Source of the DNA: Planctomycetota bacterium
GTDB lineage: Bacteria; Planctomycetota; B15-G4; SIAN01
Reading direction: 5' to 3'
DNA: 64,000 nt
NCBI GenBank assembly: GCA_031409275.1
Contig: JANNXA010000022.1
Span: 224,001 to 288,000 of the forward strand
Part shown: piece after piece, positions 18,216 through 27,747 of the stretch
Numbering within the stretch: the stretch's first letter is position 1
How the letters are laid out: each line of letters begins with the position of its first letter
Translations under genes and position numbers: made by a program
The notes under the pieces: model-generated
What the model saw: only the letters and a program-made list of their open reading frames with translations
What the model was told of the DNA's origin: nothing
Database searches by the model: none

Positions 18216-20633
18216 TCACTTCACGGGTGCGGCCATCACCTCCACCTCGAACTGATTGCCGAGCACCGTGCCATCGGTGACGACGATCTTCGCGCCCGCC
18301 GCCGCGTCGGCTGGGACCGTCAGCGTTGCCTTGCCGTTCACGACCGGCAGCGGCTGAGCGGCACCGCCGTTCAGCGACCAGCTCAGGACGGACGCACCCG
18401 ACTGCACGGTGATCTCGATCGAGCTGCCTGCCGCGCCCGAGGTCGCGGCCGGAACGAGCCCGTTCTCGAGATGGTGAGCCGGCACGTACTGCGGCAACCA
18501 CTGGTGCAGATAGTTCGTGCGGTAGAGCGCGTAGCCCGCGAGCCCCAGCACGATCAAGGTCAAGACGACCTTGGGCCACGGGCTCTTCTTCGGAGCGAAC
18601 GGGTCGACCAGCGAGCGCTCTGCGCCGGGCGGGATCGCCGCCGTGTCGGTCAGCGAACGGCCGAGCGGGATGTTGATCTTGGTCAATGCGTTCACGGCCC
18701 AGCCGTTGGCGTCCAGCATCGGTCCGAGGTTGCGCTGCCGCAGTTTGAGCCACGCGATCAGCATCGACGGGCCCGAAATGGCCAGCATCACGCCGACCAC
18801 GACCAACGGCAGTTGCCAGGCCGGCAACGAACCGAGTCCGGAGAAGACGCCAGCAAGAGCGGCGGTGATGCCGCCGACGGCGACACCCAACGCGGCGATC
18901 GTCCCGACATCGAACTTCGGCTTCACCGGCGGAGCGCCCTTCACGACATCCCCCGCGTTGGCGGAAGCCGCCTGCAGCTTCGCGTTCGCCGCCTCGTCGG
19001 CGGCAGCGGCGCGCTTGGCCACCGTTTCCTCGACGTAGCGCACCAGCTTCTTGTAGGGCGACCAGAACGCCTGCCCGATGCTGATCGGGTTGCTGACGAT
19101 CTTGGCGATCGTCGCGTCCCAATCGCGCCCCTTGCGGTCGTAGAAGAGGCCGTTGCGTCCGACGAAGAGGTTGTCGTCGCTGCCGGCGGTGAAGGCCGCG
19201 GCGATCTGCATCTTCTCGCCGGAAGGGCGCGTGCAGTCGACGTAGGCGAGGTAGGTCTTCGACATCGGCGCCAGCGTTGCGTGCTTGGCGGCGTCGTTCA
19301 CGTGGATGCAGAGGTCGCAACTGCGCCCGTCGAAGAAGAGCGTCCCCGCCTGGAAGATGGCGGTCCGGCGCGCGTAGAAGTCGGAGAAGCTGACGAAGTT
19401 GTTGAGCAGCTTGTGCAGGTCGCGCTGGTAGCGCGCGAGCTTCTCGACGTTCGCGATCGCGTCGATCTCGGGCGCCACGGCAGCATCGGCGGCGATCGCC
19501 TGGCTCAGCACCGCCTTGGCGCCGCCCGCGAGGATCTCGCGGACGCGCTTCAGGCCGAGCGCTTCGACGCTCGCGCCCGCCTTGCTGGCGACCCACGCCT
19601 GATAGGGCGCGAGCTTCGCCGTCAGCGCCGTCCACTCCGCTTCGGTGAGCGTGGTCTTCTCTTTGCCGAAGAGCGGCGCGATCGCGCCGTCGCGCAGCGT
19701 CGCCACCGCGCCCGCCCAGGCCGGGTTCACTCCCGTCACGAGCGGCAGTGCCTTGTTCGCCTCGATCGTCGCGAGCGGGAACCCGGCGACTTCCGCGGCG
19801 GTGATCGAAAGATCCTTCGCCGCGAGTTCGAGGTACGAGGACTCCTGTCGATTGAGCGCCGCCTGCGCGCGCGCGTCGAACGCGACCAGTCGGCAGCGCG
19901 AGAAGAAGTCATCGACCTTGACCTTGATCGCAGCCACGGCGGCCGCCGCGGCGGCGGTGGCGGCGCCGAACGGCAGCAAGTTCTTCGCGTCGACCTCCAA
20001 CTGCTTCTGCCACGCCTCGAAGGCGGTGGCGGCGGCGAAGAAGGCGTCGACGTGCGCCTGGGCGAATCCCATCTCGCCCGAGCGATCCTTGGCGCCACCG
20101 GTGCAGCCCACGACGTCGACCGCCACGGCCTTCGCGGCAGGATCAGCGATCGAGCTCGGCGGAACGATGCCGTCGCCGTTCAGCTTCGCCTTCGCGAAGA
20201 GTTCGGCCGTCTGCATCGTTTCGGCCAGCGTGATGGAGGTTGCCGACTCCTTGCCGAGGCTCGCGAGCAGGTGCTTCGCCGAAGCGAGCACGCTCTTGCC
20301 CTCGGGCGTCGCGCTGTTGATCGAAGCCAGCGCCACGCCGTCCTGCCCCTTGACGAGGTCATCCGCGTTCTTCAGCACCGATCCGAGCCACTTCACCGCG
20401 GCGAGGATCTCGGGCACGCGCACGCGCCCGTCCTTGTCGGTGTCGAGCATCGCGAGGGTCCGCTCGTCGAACTCGAGCCCCTTCACCGGGCAGGAGAGCG
20501 CGACCCAGAGCTTCTGGTCGAGCTCGTGCAGATGAAGGATGTCGGCGCCACGATTGAGGCGAACCTGATCGACCCCCCCGGCGCGATAGAAACTGAAGCG
20601 GTGACCGGAAGCAGCCTTGTCCTGAACAGCCAT
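18216..20633 (-). CDS. Conserved hypothetical membrane protein with EF-hand-like loop
   Basis: 805-aa ORF with strong codon bias; DTDKDGRVRVPE EF-hand-like loop; long helical region; about 3 C-terminal TM segments and a small beta-rich tail. Confidence 0.82.
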   Translation of the reverse strand: MAVQDKAASGHRFSFYRAGGVDQVRLNRGADILHLHELDQKLWVALSCPVKGLEFDERTLAMLDTDKDGRVRVPEILAAVKWLGSVLKNADDLVKGQDGVALASINSATPEGKSVLASAKHLLASLGKESATSITLAETMQTAELFAKAKLNGDGIVPPSSIADPAAKAVAVDVVGCTGGAKDRSGEMGFAQAHVDAFFAAATAFEAWQKQLEVDAKNLLPFGAATAAAAAAVAAIKVKVDDFFSRCRLVAFDARAQAALNRQESSYLELAAKDLSITAAEVAGFPLATIEANKALPLVTGVNPAWAGAVATLRDGAIAPLFGKEKTTLTEAEWTALTAKLAPYQAWVASKAGASVEALGLKRVREILAGGAKAVLSQAIAADAAVAPEIDAIANVEKLARYQRDLHKLLNNFVSFSDFYARRTAIFQAGTLFFDGRSCDLCIHVNDAAKHATLAPMSKTYLAYVDCTRPSGEKMQIAAAFTAGSDDNLFVGRNGLFYDRKGRDWDATIAKIVSNPISIGQAFWSPYKKLVRYVEETVAKRAAAADEAANAKLQAASANAGDVVKGAPPVKPKFDVGTIAALGVAVGGITAALAGVFSGLGSLPAWQLPLVVVGVMLAISGPSMLIAWLKLRQRNLGPMLDANGWAVNALTKINIPLGRSLTDTAAIPPGAERSLVDPFAPKKSPWPKVVLTLIVLGLAGYALYRTNYLHQWLPQYVPAHHLENGLVPAATSGAAGSSIEITVQSGASVLSWSLNGGAAQPLPVVNGKATLTVPADAAAGAKIVVTDGTVLGNQFEVEVMAAPVK

Positions 20634-20941
20634 TCGTGGGATCTCGACATCGCGGAGACGGGCGCACGGACCCCGAAGATCGCGCAGCCCTGGGAAGCAG
20701 AAACTTTCGGGGCGGGGAGTATCCGCAATTGAAAACCGAGTTCAAGGTTTGTACGCGGCGAGGCGCGGCTGAACTCGGCGCGATGTCCCGGGCGCGGTCG
20801 GATTGCGACGCGGATCGGGCGATCAAGCCGTCAGCCGGGCGCCGGCTCCGATGAGTTCGACACGGGCGACGGCGCGCATCGTCGAAGCATCGACCCCGAC
20901 GCGCCGGTGCGTCTGGCGGACCGAATCAGCTCCGTCGTCGA

Positions 20942-21571
20942 TCAGTGGTGCGCAGCGGCGCCGACCGTTGCCAATGGCGCGTCGGCCTGCGTGCTGGCCG
21001 TCTCCGCCGCAAGCGGGCGGCACTCCGGGGCGCAGCTCTGCAGCGTGAAACGCTCGAGTCGCTCGCCGACTTTTCGCCAGCGTGCCAGTGCCTGCGCCGA
21101 TTCGGACGCAGCGGCTTCGCGTGCCATGAGCTGCAGCTGCGCGACCTCGTCGTGCAACGCGACGAGGCACTGGTGGAGTTCGTTGGAGGTGGTCTGCAGG
21201 TGGTCTTCCTTGCGGATCTGGACGCCGCGCGGCAGGCGCAGTTGCTTCAGCTGGCGGAACACCTGTCGGAAGCGGAACTCCGGACCGGCGATTCGCAGCG
21301 TCTCGCGCAGACCTTGCCCCATCAGGCAGAAGAACGTGCATGCCATCGGCAGCAGCACCGCGAAGGCGAGCAGCTCGACGCGGCTGAAGAGCTCGAGGAT
21401 CCCCCAGCTCGGGAAGCCGCTCAGATAGCCGATCGCGGCCGGCATCCCGATGGCGAGGGCGAAGAAGAGCACGGCGTTCGCGGCAAGGATCACCGCCAGA
21501 CGCGAGACGATTGCGAACTGGAAGCGGCGATCGACCAGGATCGAGCGCCGACGATCGGGCAGCGGGTTCAT
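20942..21571 (-). CDS. Two-TM membrane protein with HAMP-like/coiled-coil tail
   Basis: RRSILVDRRFQ, two hydrophobic helices, RIAGPEFRF...IRKEDHLQ pattern; ATGA overlap with the upstream HEAT gene. Confidence 0.7.
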   Translation of the reverse strand: MNPLPDRRRSILVDRRFQFAIVSRLAVILAANAVLFFALAIGMPAAIGYLSGFPSWGILELFSRVELLAFAVLLPMACTFFCLMGQGLRETLRIAGPEFRFRQVFRQLKQLRLPRGVQIRKEDHLQTTSNELHQCLVALHDEVAQLQLMAREAAASESAQALARWRKVGERLERFTLQSCAPECRPLAAETASTQADAPLATVGAAAHH

Positions 21572-22911
21572 CGCGTCACTCCGGAGCGGCCGAGCAACCG
21601 CGCAGCAAGCGCGGCCACCTGCGGATCACGATCGTCGAGCACGGTCGCCAGCTCTTCACGGCACGCCAGCGTCCCAAGACGCGCCAGCGCCTCGCATGCC
21701 GCGAGACGCAACTCGAGTTTCCGATGGCGCAAGACCGCCCCGATCGGCGCGGCGAACACGTCGGCGTGGATCTTCTTTCGCGCCAGCGACCCGAGCGCCT
21801 GCAGGACCTCCGCGACGTTGTCGCTGTCGAGCGCCCCGACCCACTCCGATCCTGGCCCCGCGAGCCACGAGACCTCCGCGTTGACCCAATCGAGCCACTC
21901 CTTGGTGGAATTGCCCAGCGCCACGCCGCTCATCTCGAGCAGCGACCGGTGCGCGACCTTCCGGACCCGTTCGTCGGTGTCTCCGAGTCGCACGATGAGC
22001 GCGCGCGCCGAGAGGACGTCAGCGAACCGACGCAGTGAGTAGCTGCTGGCCCGGTGCACGGCTGCGGTTTCCGAAGCGGAGAGCTTGCGAAGAACCTCGG
22101 CCATGGCGAAGCCGTCGCGTGCGCGCTGCGGCGGGTGGCGCTCGAGGTCCTCGAGCAGCACGCGGTCGAGTTCCGGCTGGCGACCGAGCAGCCGCGCGCT
22201 GAGCGCGCTCGCCAGATCGCGATCAGCGGCGCGGATCGCCTCGATGGTGCAGGTCGCGAAAGCTGGCGGAAGCGCCAGAAGGAAGCGTTCGAGGTCACCG
22301 CGGGCGGTGCGGTCGCCGGCGAGGATGGCGGCCAGCGCGTTTCGAAGCGTGCCCGCGACGACGGGATGGCCGTGGAAACGAGGATCGAGCCCCGCCATGG
22401 CCGACTGCAGGAGCGCGAGGGACGCGGCGCGACCCAGTTCGCCGCTCACGCGCATGATCGCGAGCGTGTCACGAAGCTCCGGTGCCAGCGCGATCGCGCC
22501 GCGCAGGAATTCGTCGACCGCTGACTCCGGGAACGAGCGCAACGCGTGCAGGAGCAACTGATGGTCTGGTGGTGGCTCGGAGGGTCCGCCGGTCGTGGAG
22601 TCGATTCCTTCCGCGACCGAGTCGCCCTCGATCGACAGACCGGCGAGTCGCGCAAAGCACGCCGGGATCGCCGGCTCGCCGAGCTCCAGCAGGCGCGCGA
22701 GCTGATCGCTTTGCGAGGCGTGGAGTTCGTTGCGAAGGATCGTGGTCACCGCGGTCGCGGCCGCAGCTCCGTCCGCGGGATTGGCCACGGCGCGCCGCAG
22801 CTCGAGTTCCTGCGAGCGCAGCGCCGGCGTCAGGTTCGGCAGCACGAATGCCACGAACAGCAGTGGCGTGCTGCGCCGTTGCCATCCCTGCGTCATGTTC
22901 CGAGTCCTCAC
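21568..22911 (-). CDS. HEAT-repeat protein with putative signal peptide
   Basis: LGDTDERVRKVAHRSL, LRLAACEALARLG, LDDRDPQVAALAARLL; start may be GTG 22911 or an ATG a few codons downstream. Confidence 0.75.
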   Translation of the reverse strand: MRTRNMTQGWQRRSTPLLFVAFVLPNLTPALRSQELELRRAVANPADGAAAATAVTTILRNELHASQSDQLARLLELGEPAIPACFARLAGLSIEGDSVAEGIDSTTGGPSEPPPDHQLLLHALRSFPESAVDEFLRGAIALAPELRDTLAIMRVSGELGRAASLALLQSAMAGLDPRFHGHPVVAGTLRNALAAILAGDRTARGDLERFLLALPPAFATCTIEAIRAADRDLASALSARLLGRQPELDRVLLEDLERHPPQRARDGFAMAEVLRKLSASETAAVHRASSYSLRRFADVLSARALIVRLGDTDERVRKVAHRSLLEMSGVALGNSTKEWLDWVNAEVSWLAGPGSEWVGALDSDNVAEVLQALGSLARKKIHADVFAAPIGAVLRHRKLELRLAACEALARLGTLACREELATVLDDRDPQVAALAARLLGRSGVTR

Positions 22912-24305
22912 CGGTTCACCGACGCCGGACGCCAGGCGAGGAAGCTGAGCGTGTCCGAAGCGGTGCTCGGCAGGCCGGGCAGCGACACCGCGTCACGCGC
23001 GACTCGATCGTCGAAGTTGACGGTCAGGCGCGAGTGCTGGCCCCCGAAGTCGCGGTTGATCGACACGTGGTTGCCGGCGCTCATGATTCCGTTCAGTTCG
23101 ACGGTGGCGGAACCGGTGGCGTCGAGGTTGTTGTCGAGGAAGTCGTGCTCCGCGTACATGTAGGCGCTCATCGACTTCAACGTGCCGAACGCGGGGTCAC
23201 CGAAGTAGATGTTGCCGCTGTCGGAGACGCTCGGATCGGCCATCGCGATCAGCGCGAGCGCATCCTTGTTCTCGTCGCCATAGAAGAGGTTGTCCGAGAT
23301 GTAGATGTTGCCGCGCACGACGATGGTGATGGCGAGCGCCGCGGCCGCTTGCAGCTGGAACGAATAGGTGATGCGGTTGTGGATCCAGAGGTTGCCGTCG
23401 ATGTAGTAGACCTTGTTGTTTCCATCGGCGCCGGCGGCGCCGCCGAGCGTGATGACGTAGGGATCGGAGCCGTCCTGTTTGGAGTCGGAGTTCACCGGCT
23501 CGTACGGATCCTCGAGGAAGTAGTCGTCTTTGGCCGTCGATGACGTCTCCGAGCTCCGGTCGGTCGGGTTCTTCCGGAAGATGTGCGCCGCATTGTCCTC
23601 GGGCACCTGGTCGGCCTTGCCACCAGCGGCGTTGGAGGCGAACGTCGAGTGGCTGGCGAATTCGCTCGCCACCATGACGTCCGCGGTCGTGTCGTAGTTC
23701 ATCGCAGCGAGGTCGGGGTTCTGCTGCGTCACGCCAGACTCGCCCGGTGCGCCCGTGATCGTGCCGGTGGCGCGCGGCATTCCGGTGATGCCGGAGTCGC
23801 CCACGAACTCGACGTCGCCGCCGCTGTAGATGTCGCCATGGACGTGGTCGGCCTGACCGCCGCTGCCCCCGAAGTGCATCGTGTAGTTCGGGTCGCCCGA
23901 GCTGTTGCCAGCGAAGACTGCGTTGTCGAACACATCGGCGCCGGCGCGGAAGACGGCTTCGATGGCCCGCGTCGAGCCGTGGTACGTCCCGTAGCAGAAC
24001 ACGCTCACCGTGTTGCCGGGCTGCGGGATCGCCTCGGTCCAGTAGCTGCCGTTGCCATAGACGACCGGGTTGTTGGCGTCGCCGAGGTTGCCGTCGCCGT
24101 CCCCCGTGAGATCGATCTCGGCGAAGCGCGCGGCGGCCTCGGCCAGATAGAAGCGCTGCAGGCTGTCCTGCGACTCGTTCTGCTCGACATTCGCCGAATG
24201 GACCACCGAGATGAGCGACGCGCCGAGTCCGGCGAGGACGATGGCGGCGAAGATCGCCGCAAGCAGCGCGCTGCCTCGGGCGGCACGACGGGCGGAATGA
24301 CTCAT
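22908..24305 (-). CDS. PilX-like minor pilin / pilus-assembly protein
   Basis: Prepilin-like RG|SALLAAIFAAIVLAGLG, then FYLAEAA typical of PilX N-termini; beta-rich C-terminal domain. Confidence 0.75.
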   Translation of the reverse strand: MSHSARRAARGSALLAAIFAAIVLAGLGASLISVVHSANVEQNESQDSLQRFYLAEAAARFAEIDLTGDGDGNLGDANNPVVYGNGSYWTEAIPQPGNTVSVFCYGTYHGSTRAIEAVFRAGADVFDNAVFAGNSSGDPNYTMHFGGSGGQADHVHGDIYSGGDVEFVGDSGITGMPRATGTITGAPGESGVTQQNPDLAAMNYDTTADVMVASEFASHSTFASNAAGGKADQVPEDNAAHIFRKNPTDRSSETSSTAKDDYFLEDPYEPVNSDSKQDGSDPYVITLGGAAGADGNNKVYYIDGNLWIHNRITYSFQLQAAAALAITIVVRGNIYISDNLFYGDENKDALALIAMADPSVSDSGNIYFGDPAFGTLKSMSAYMYAEHDFLDNNLDATGSATVELNGIMSAGNHVSINRDFGGQHSRLTVNFDDRVARDAVSLPGLPSTASDTLSFLAWRPASVNR

Positions 24306-24331
24306 GGTCCAGCTCTCCAGCGGACGCAACG

Positions 24332-24976
24332 TCAATTGCGCGGCCATACGGTGGCCTCGACGGTTCGGCGGAACGTCGCGTTCCTCTGCGTGTGCTCGAG
24401 CGTGAGGCGAATGATCACGGAGCCCGCCGCCGTGCGCTCGAACACGAGACCGGCTTCGTCGTCGAGGCCGTTTCCGTTGTCGTCCGCGTTGTTCACCACC
24501 TCGCCTTCGAGGAAGCGCGCGACGCCGGTGGCCAGCACGGTCGACTGCTCGCTCACCAACCCGATATCGCGCCGCAGGACGAGGATCCCCTCGTCGACCC
24601 GGCCATCACCGTTGTTGTCGATGCCATCGTCAGGATCGGCGGGGTCGGCCTGCCGTTCGAGTCGCGCGGCGTTGCCCCAACCGATCCCGGCGGAAGTCAC
24701 GGTCGCCGGGACCTGGAAGTCGAGGAAGCTGCTCCCGAGCGGCGCGGCCGCCGGCGAAAGCGTCGCCGCGCCCGCGGGCAACAACGTCTCGGCGATCCGA
24801 TTGAGCGACTCGTTGGCGCGACGGTCGATGACGGCGCGCGCCATCGTGCGCTGGCCGTCCGCCATGCCCGATTGCACGAAGCTGAAGACGCCGCCGAGGA
24901 AGACCGAGATCACCGCGACGTTGACCAGCAGCTCGTGCAGCGTGAAACCGGAGCGCGATCGATTCTTCGGATTCAT
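24332..24976 (-). CDS. PilW/PulJ-like minor (pseudo)pilin with N-methylation motif
   Basis: SG|FTLHELLVNVAVISVFLGG type IV prepilin site; DGIDNNGDGRVDE and DDNGNGLDDE Ca-loop-like motifs. Confidence 0.82.
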   Translation of the reverse strand: MNPKNRSRSGFTLHELLVNVAVISVFLGGVFSFVQSGMADGQRTMARAVIDRRANESLNRIAETLLPAGAATLSPAAAPLGSSFLDFQVPATVTSAGIGWGNAARLERQADPADPDDGIDNNGDGRVDEGILVLRRDIGLVSEQSTVLATGVARFLEGEVVNNADDNGNGLDDEAGLVFERTAAGSVIIRLTLEHTQRNATFRRTVEATVWPRN

Positions 24977-25587
24977 GGGCGGCCCCCGCCGACGACGGTG
25001 GCGAAACGCAGCGTCCGGGTCCCGCCATCGGGGGCCAACCAGTCGACGCGGATGGTGATCGGCAGGATGCGATAGTCGCCCGAGCGATCGACCGCGTCGA
25101 TCACGCCATCACCGTTCAAGTCAGCGCGATCGCCGAGTTCAGCGAACAGCAGATCCTCGCGCAGGACTTCGTTGCCGCCGATGGTCGCGAGGGGCAGGTC
25201 GATGCGGCAGGTCATCTTCGGCGGGATCGCCTGCGGATCGCCCTTGGCGCGCTCCTCGCCGGTGGGCATCTCGAAGACGTCGCCGCGCGCCGTCCCGCTG
25301 CCCCGCGGGTCATCGTTCGGATCGCGGTTGTAGGCGGCGACGACCTGCGCGATCGGCTGCGCGAGCATCTCCTCGACGACACGGCGCGCGATCTCGTTGG
25401 CAGCGGCGACCGTCCGGGTCTCTCGTTCGAGCGCGCTCGACGACACGGTCGCGGAAAGGAAGCCGAGGCTCGAGATCGAGACGACGACGATCGCGACGAG
25501 GCTGTCGACGAGGCCGATCCCGCGACGATTCGCCGCGCGTCCCGAACATGCGCGATCGGTGCGGTTGCTTCTCGAACTCGTAACCAT
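24973..25587 (-). CDS. PilV-like minor pilin
   Basis: RRG|IGLVDSLVAIVVVSISSLG prepilin-like N-terminus; DLNGDGVID loop; ATGA overlap with the next gene. Confidence 0.72.
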   Translation of the reverse strand: MVTSSRSNRTDRACSGRAANRRGIGLVDSLVAIVVVSISSLGFLSATVSSSALERETRTVAAANEIARRVVEEMLAQPIAQVVAAYNRDPNDDPRGSGTARGDVFEMPTGEERAKGDPQAIPPKMTCRIDLPLATIGGNEVLREDLLFAELGDRADLNGDGVIDAVDRSGDYRILPITIRVDWLAPDGGTRTLRFATVVGGGRP

Positions 25588-25725
25588 GACGATCCCCTGC
25601 GAACGGCCGCGCGAGTGCGCGGGCAACGGCGGGCGCGCTCGACGTGGTTCGACGCAACGGTCCCCCTGGCTGAATCCACTAGGAAGACGATTCCGGATCG
25701 GCGCGTTCCGCGCGCAGCGGGCGTG

Positions 25726-25740
25726 GCGCGGGCCGTGCCA
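25726..25740 (-). promoter_or_regulatory. Possible sigma-54 (-24/-12) promoter for the pilin cluster
   Basis: Minus strand TGGCACGGCCCGCGC: perfect -24 box and GG-N10-GC spacing, but TT of the -12 box is missing; ~140 bp upstream of the PilV-like start. Confidence 0.3.
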
Positions 25741-25818
25741 CCCCACTCCGCGCAGGTGCAACTCGACTCTGGATGGCCCGGATACCATCGCGTGCCTCCC
25801 CTTTTGCGGAGTCCGTGC

Positions 25819-27705
25819 ATGCATCGTCTCGACCGCTCGCTTCCGTTGCGCGCCAGCTGCCGCGGCATCGCGTTTTCGACGCTCTTCTGGTCCACCGCGA
25901 CGGTCGCGATGGCGCAATCGCCCGAGAAGGCGGAGCCCCGCTTCGTCGACGGCGAGGCGCAGGTGGTGGACGCCTTTCGGGACCCGAAACAGTGGGTCCG
26001 CGACGAGCTGTGGGTCGAAGCGGAGTTCGACTCCGACGGCGACGGCCAGCTCGATCGAATGCACGTCGATGTGACGCGGCCGCGCCAGACCGACAGCGAA
26101 GGGTTGACCGTCGCGGTGATCTACGAGTCGAGCCCGTACTTCTCAGGCACCGCGGGCGGTGACAAGGCGTTCTTCTGGGACCCTCATCAGGAACTCGGCG
26201 GCAAGCCCAAGCCGCGTCCCCATCCGCCCGAGATCCCGTTCCAGAAGAACTCGCCGAGGATCTCCGAATCGCTGGTCGGCGAGTGGGTGCCGCGCGGCTT
26301 CGCGGTCGTCCACTCGGAGGCTCCCGGTACGGGTCAATCGCAAGGCGCGCCGACCGTGGGCGGTCCGGTGGAAGCGTTGGCGCCGAAGGCGGTGATCGAC
26401 TGGCTCAACGGCCGCGCCAAGGGCTACACCGCCCCGCGCGGCGGCAAGGAGCTGAAGGCCTACTGGTCGACCGGTCGCGTCGGGATGACCGGGACGTCGT
26501 ACAACGGGACCATTCCGATCGCCGCCGCCACTACCGGCGTCGAAGGGCTGGTGGCCATCATCCCGGTGGCGCCGAACACCTCGTACTACCGCTACTACCG
26601 CTCGAACGGACTCGTGCGCCACCCTGGCGGCTGGATGGGCGAGGACATGGACGTCCTCTACGACTTCATCCACAGCGGCGATCCGAAGCGTCGCGCCGAC
26701 AACAACCGTGACGTGCGCGACAAGGTGCTGCTCGCTCAGCAGGATCGCGTCACCGGCGACTACAACGACTTCTGGGCCGGTCGCGACCTCTGGCGCCATC
26801 TCGACAAGATCCAGGCAGCGTGTCTGTTGGCCCACGGACTGAACGACTGGAACGTGATGCCCGAGCACAGCGTGCATGTCTACGAGTCGCTGAAGGCGCG
26901 CGGCGTCCCTGCCCAGCTCTACTTGCACCAGGGGGGACATGGCGGCGATCCGCCACTGCGCCAGATGAACCGTTGGTTCACGCGCTGGCTCTACGAGGTC
27001 GAGAACGGCGTCGAGGACGATGCTCGCTCGTGGGTCGTTCGCGAGGGAAGCCGCAACGGCGAGCCGACTCCCTACGCCGACTACCCCAATCCGGCCTTCG
27101 CGATGGTGACGCTCCACCCCGGCGCCGGCGGCGAGAAGATCGGTGCGCTCACGGTCACCGCGTCGGCGCCGCCTGCTGGGCGGGCGCTCGTCGAGCGGTT
27201 CATCGATGACGTTTCCGTTGCGGGCGGCGACCTCGCGAAAGCGTCGGCGTCGCCCCATCGACTGCTCTACGCGCTGCCGGCGCTGAAGGAGCCACTCCAC
27301 CTCTCCGGCACGCCGCGCCTCACGGTGCGACTGGCCAGCAGCAAGCCGGCCACCAACTTGTCGGTGTGGCTCGTCTCGCTGCCATGGACGGCGGGCGGCA
27401 ACCTGAACGCCAACCTGATCAACCGCGGCTGGGCCGACCCCCAGAACCACGCTTCGATCACCCACGGTGAGCCGCTGGTGCCAGGCACCTTCTACGACGT
27501 CACGTTCGAGCTGCAGCCCGACGACCAGATCGTGCCCGCCGGCGAGCAGATCGCGCTGATGCTCTTCGCGAGCGACCAGGAGTTCACGCTCTGGCCGACC
27601 GCCGGAACGGAAGTGTCGATCGAGCTGGCCGGCACCACGCTCGAGCTGCCGATCGTCGGCGGCGAGGCAGCGCTGGCGACCGCGATCGGCGCGAGCGGTT
27701 CCTGA
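25819..27705 (+). CDS. Xaa-Pro dipeptidyl-peptidase (S15, PepX/CocE-NonD family), secreted
   Basis: DSDGDGQLDR, KAVIDWLNGR, nucleophile GTSYNG, HGLNDWNV, HQGGHG, RGWADPQN; signal peptide. Confidence 0.9.
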   Translation: MHRLDRSLPLRASCRGIAFSTLFWSTATVAMAQSPEKAEPRFVDGEAQVVDAFRDPKQWVRDELWVEAEFDSDGDGQLDRMHVDVTRPRQTDSEGLTVAVIYESSPYFSGTAGGDKAFFWDPHQELGGKPKPRPHPPEIPFQKNSPRISESLVGEWVPRGFAVVHSEAPGTGQSQGAPTVGGPVEALAPKAVIDWLNGRAKGYTAPRGGKELKAYWSTGRVGMTGTSYNGTIPIAAATTGVEGLVAIIPVAPNTSYYRYYRSNGLVRHPGGWMGEDMDVLYDFIHSGDPKRRADNNRDVRDKVLLAQQDRVTGDYNDFWAGRDLWRHLDKIQAACLLAHGLNDWNVMPEHSVHVYESLKARGVPAQLYLHQGGHGGDPPLRQMNRWFTRWLYEVENGVEDDARSWVVREGSRNGEPTPYADYPNPAFAMVTLHPGAGGEKIGALTVTASAPPAGRALVERFIDDVSVAGGDLAKASASPHRLLYALPALKEPLHLSGTPRLTVRLASSKPATNLSVWLVSLPWTAGGNLNANLINRGWADPQNHASITHGEPLVPGTFYDVTFELQPDDQIVPAGEQIALMLFASDQEFTLWPTAGTEVSIELAGTTLELPIVGGEAALATAIGASGS

Positions 27706-27747
27706 CCGCGACCTCGTCCTCGCCTCGTTCGGCGCCGCGCCCTCCCG

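Noticed and set aside
18159..20732. 857-aa plus-strand ORF
   Set aside because: Shadow of the 805-aa minus-strand gene, which has the protein-like composition and codon bias
20823..20941. Possible small minus-strand ORF tail downstream of the HAMP-like gene
   Set aside because: Very short, with no RBS or recognisable motif
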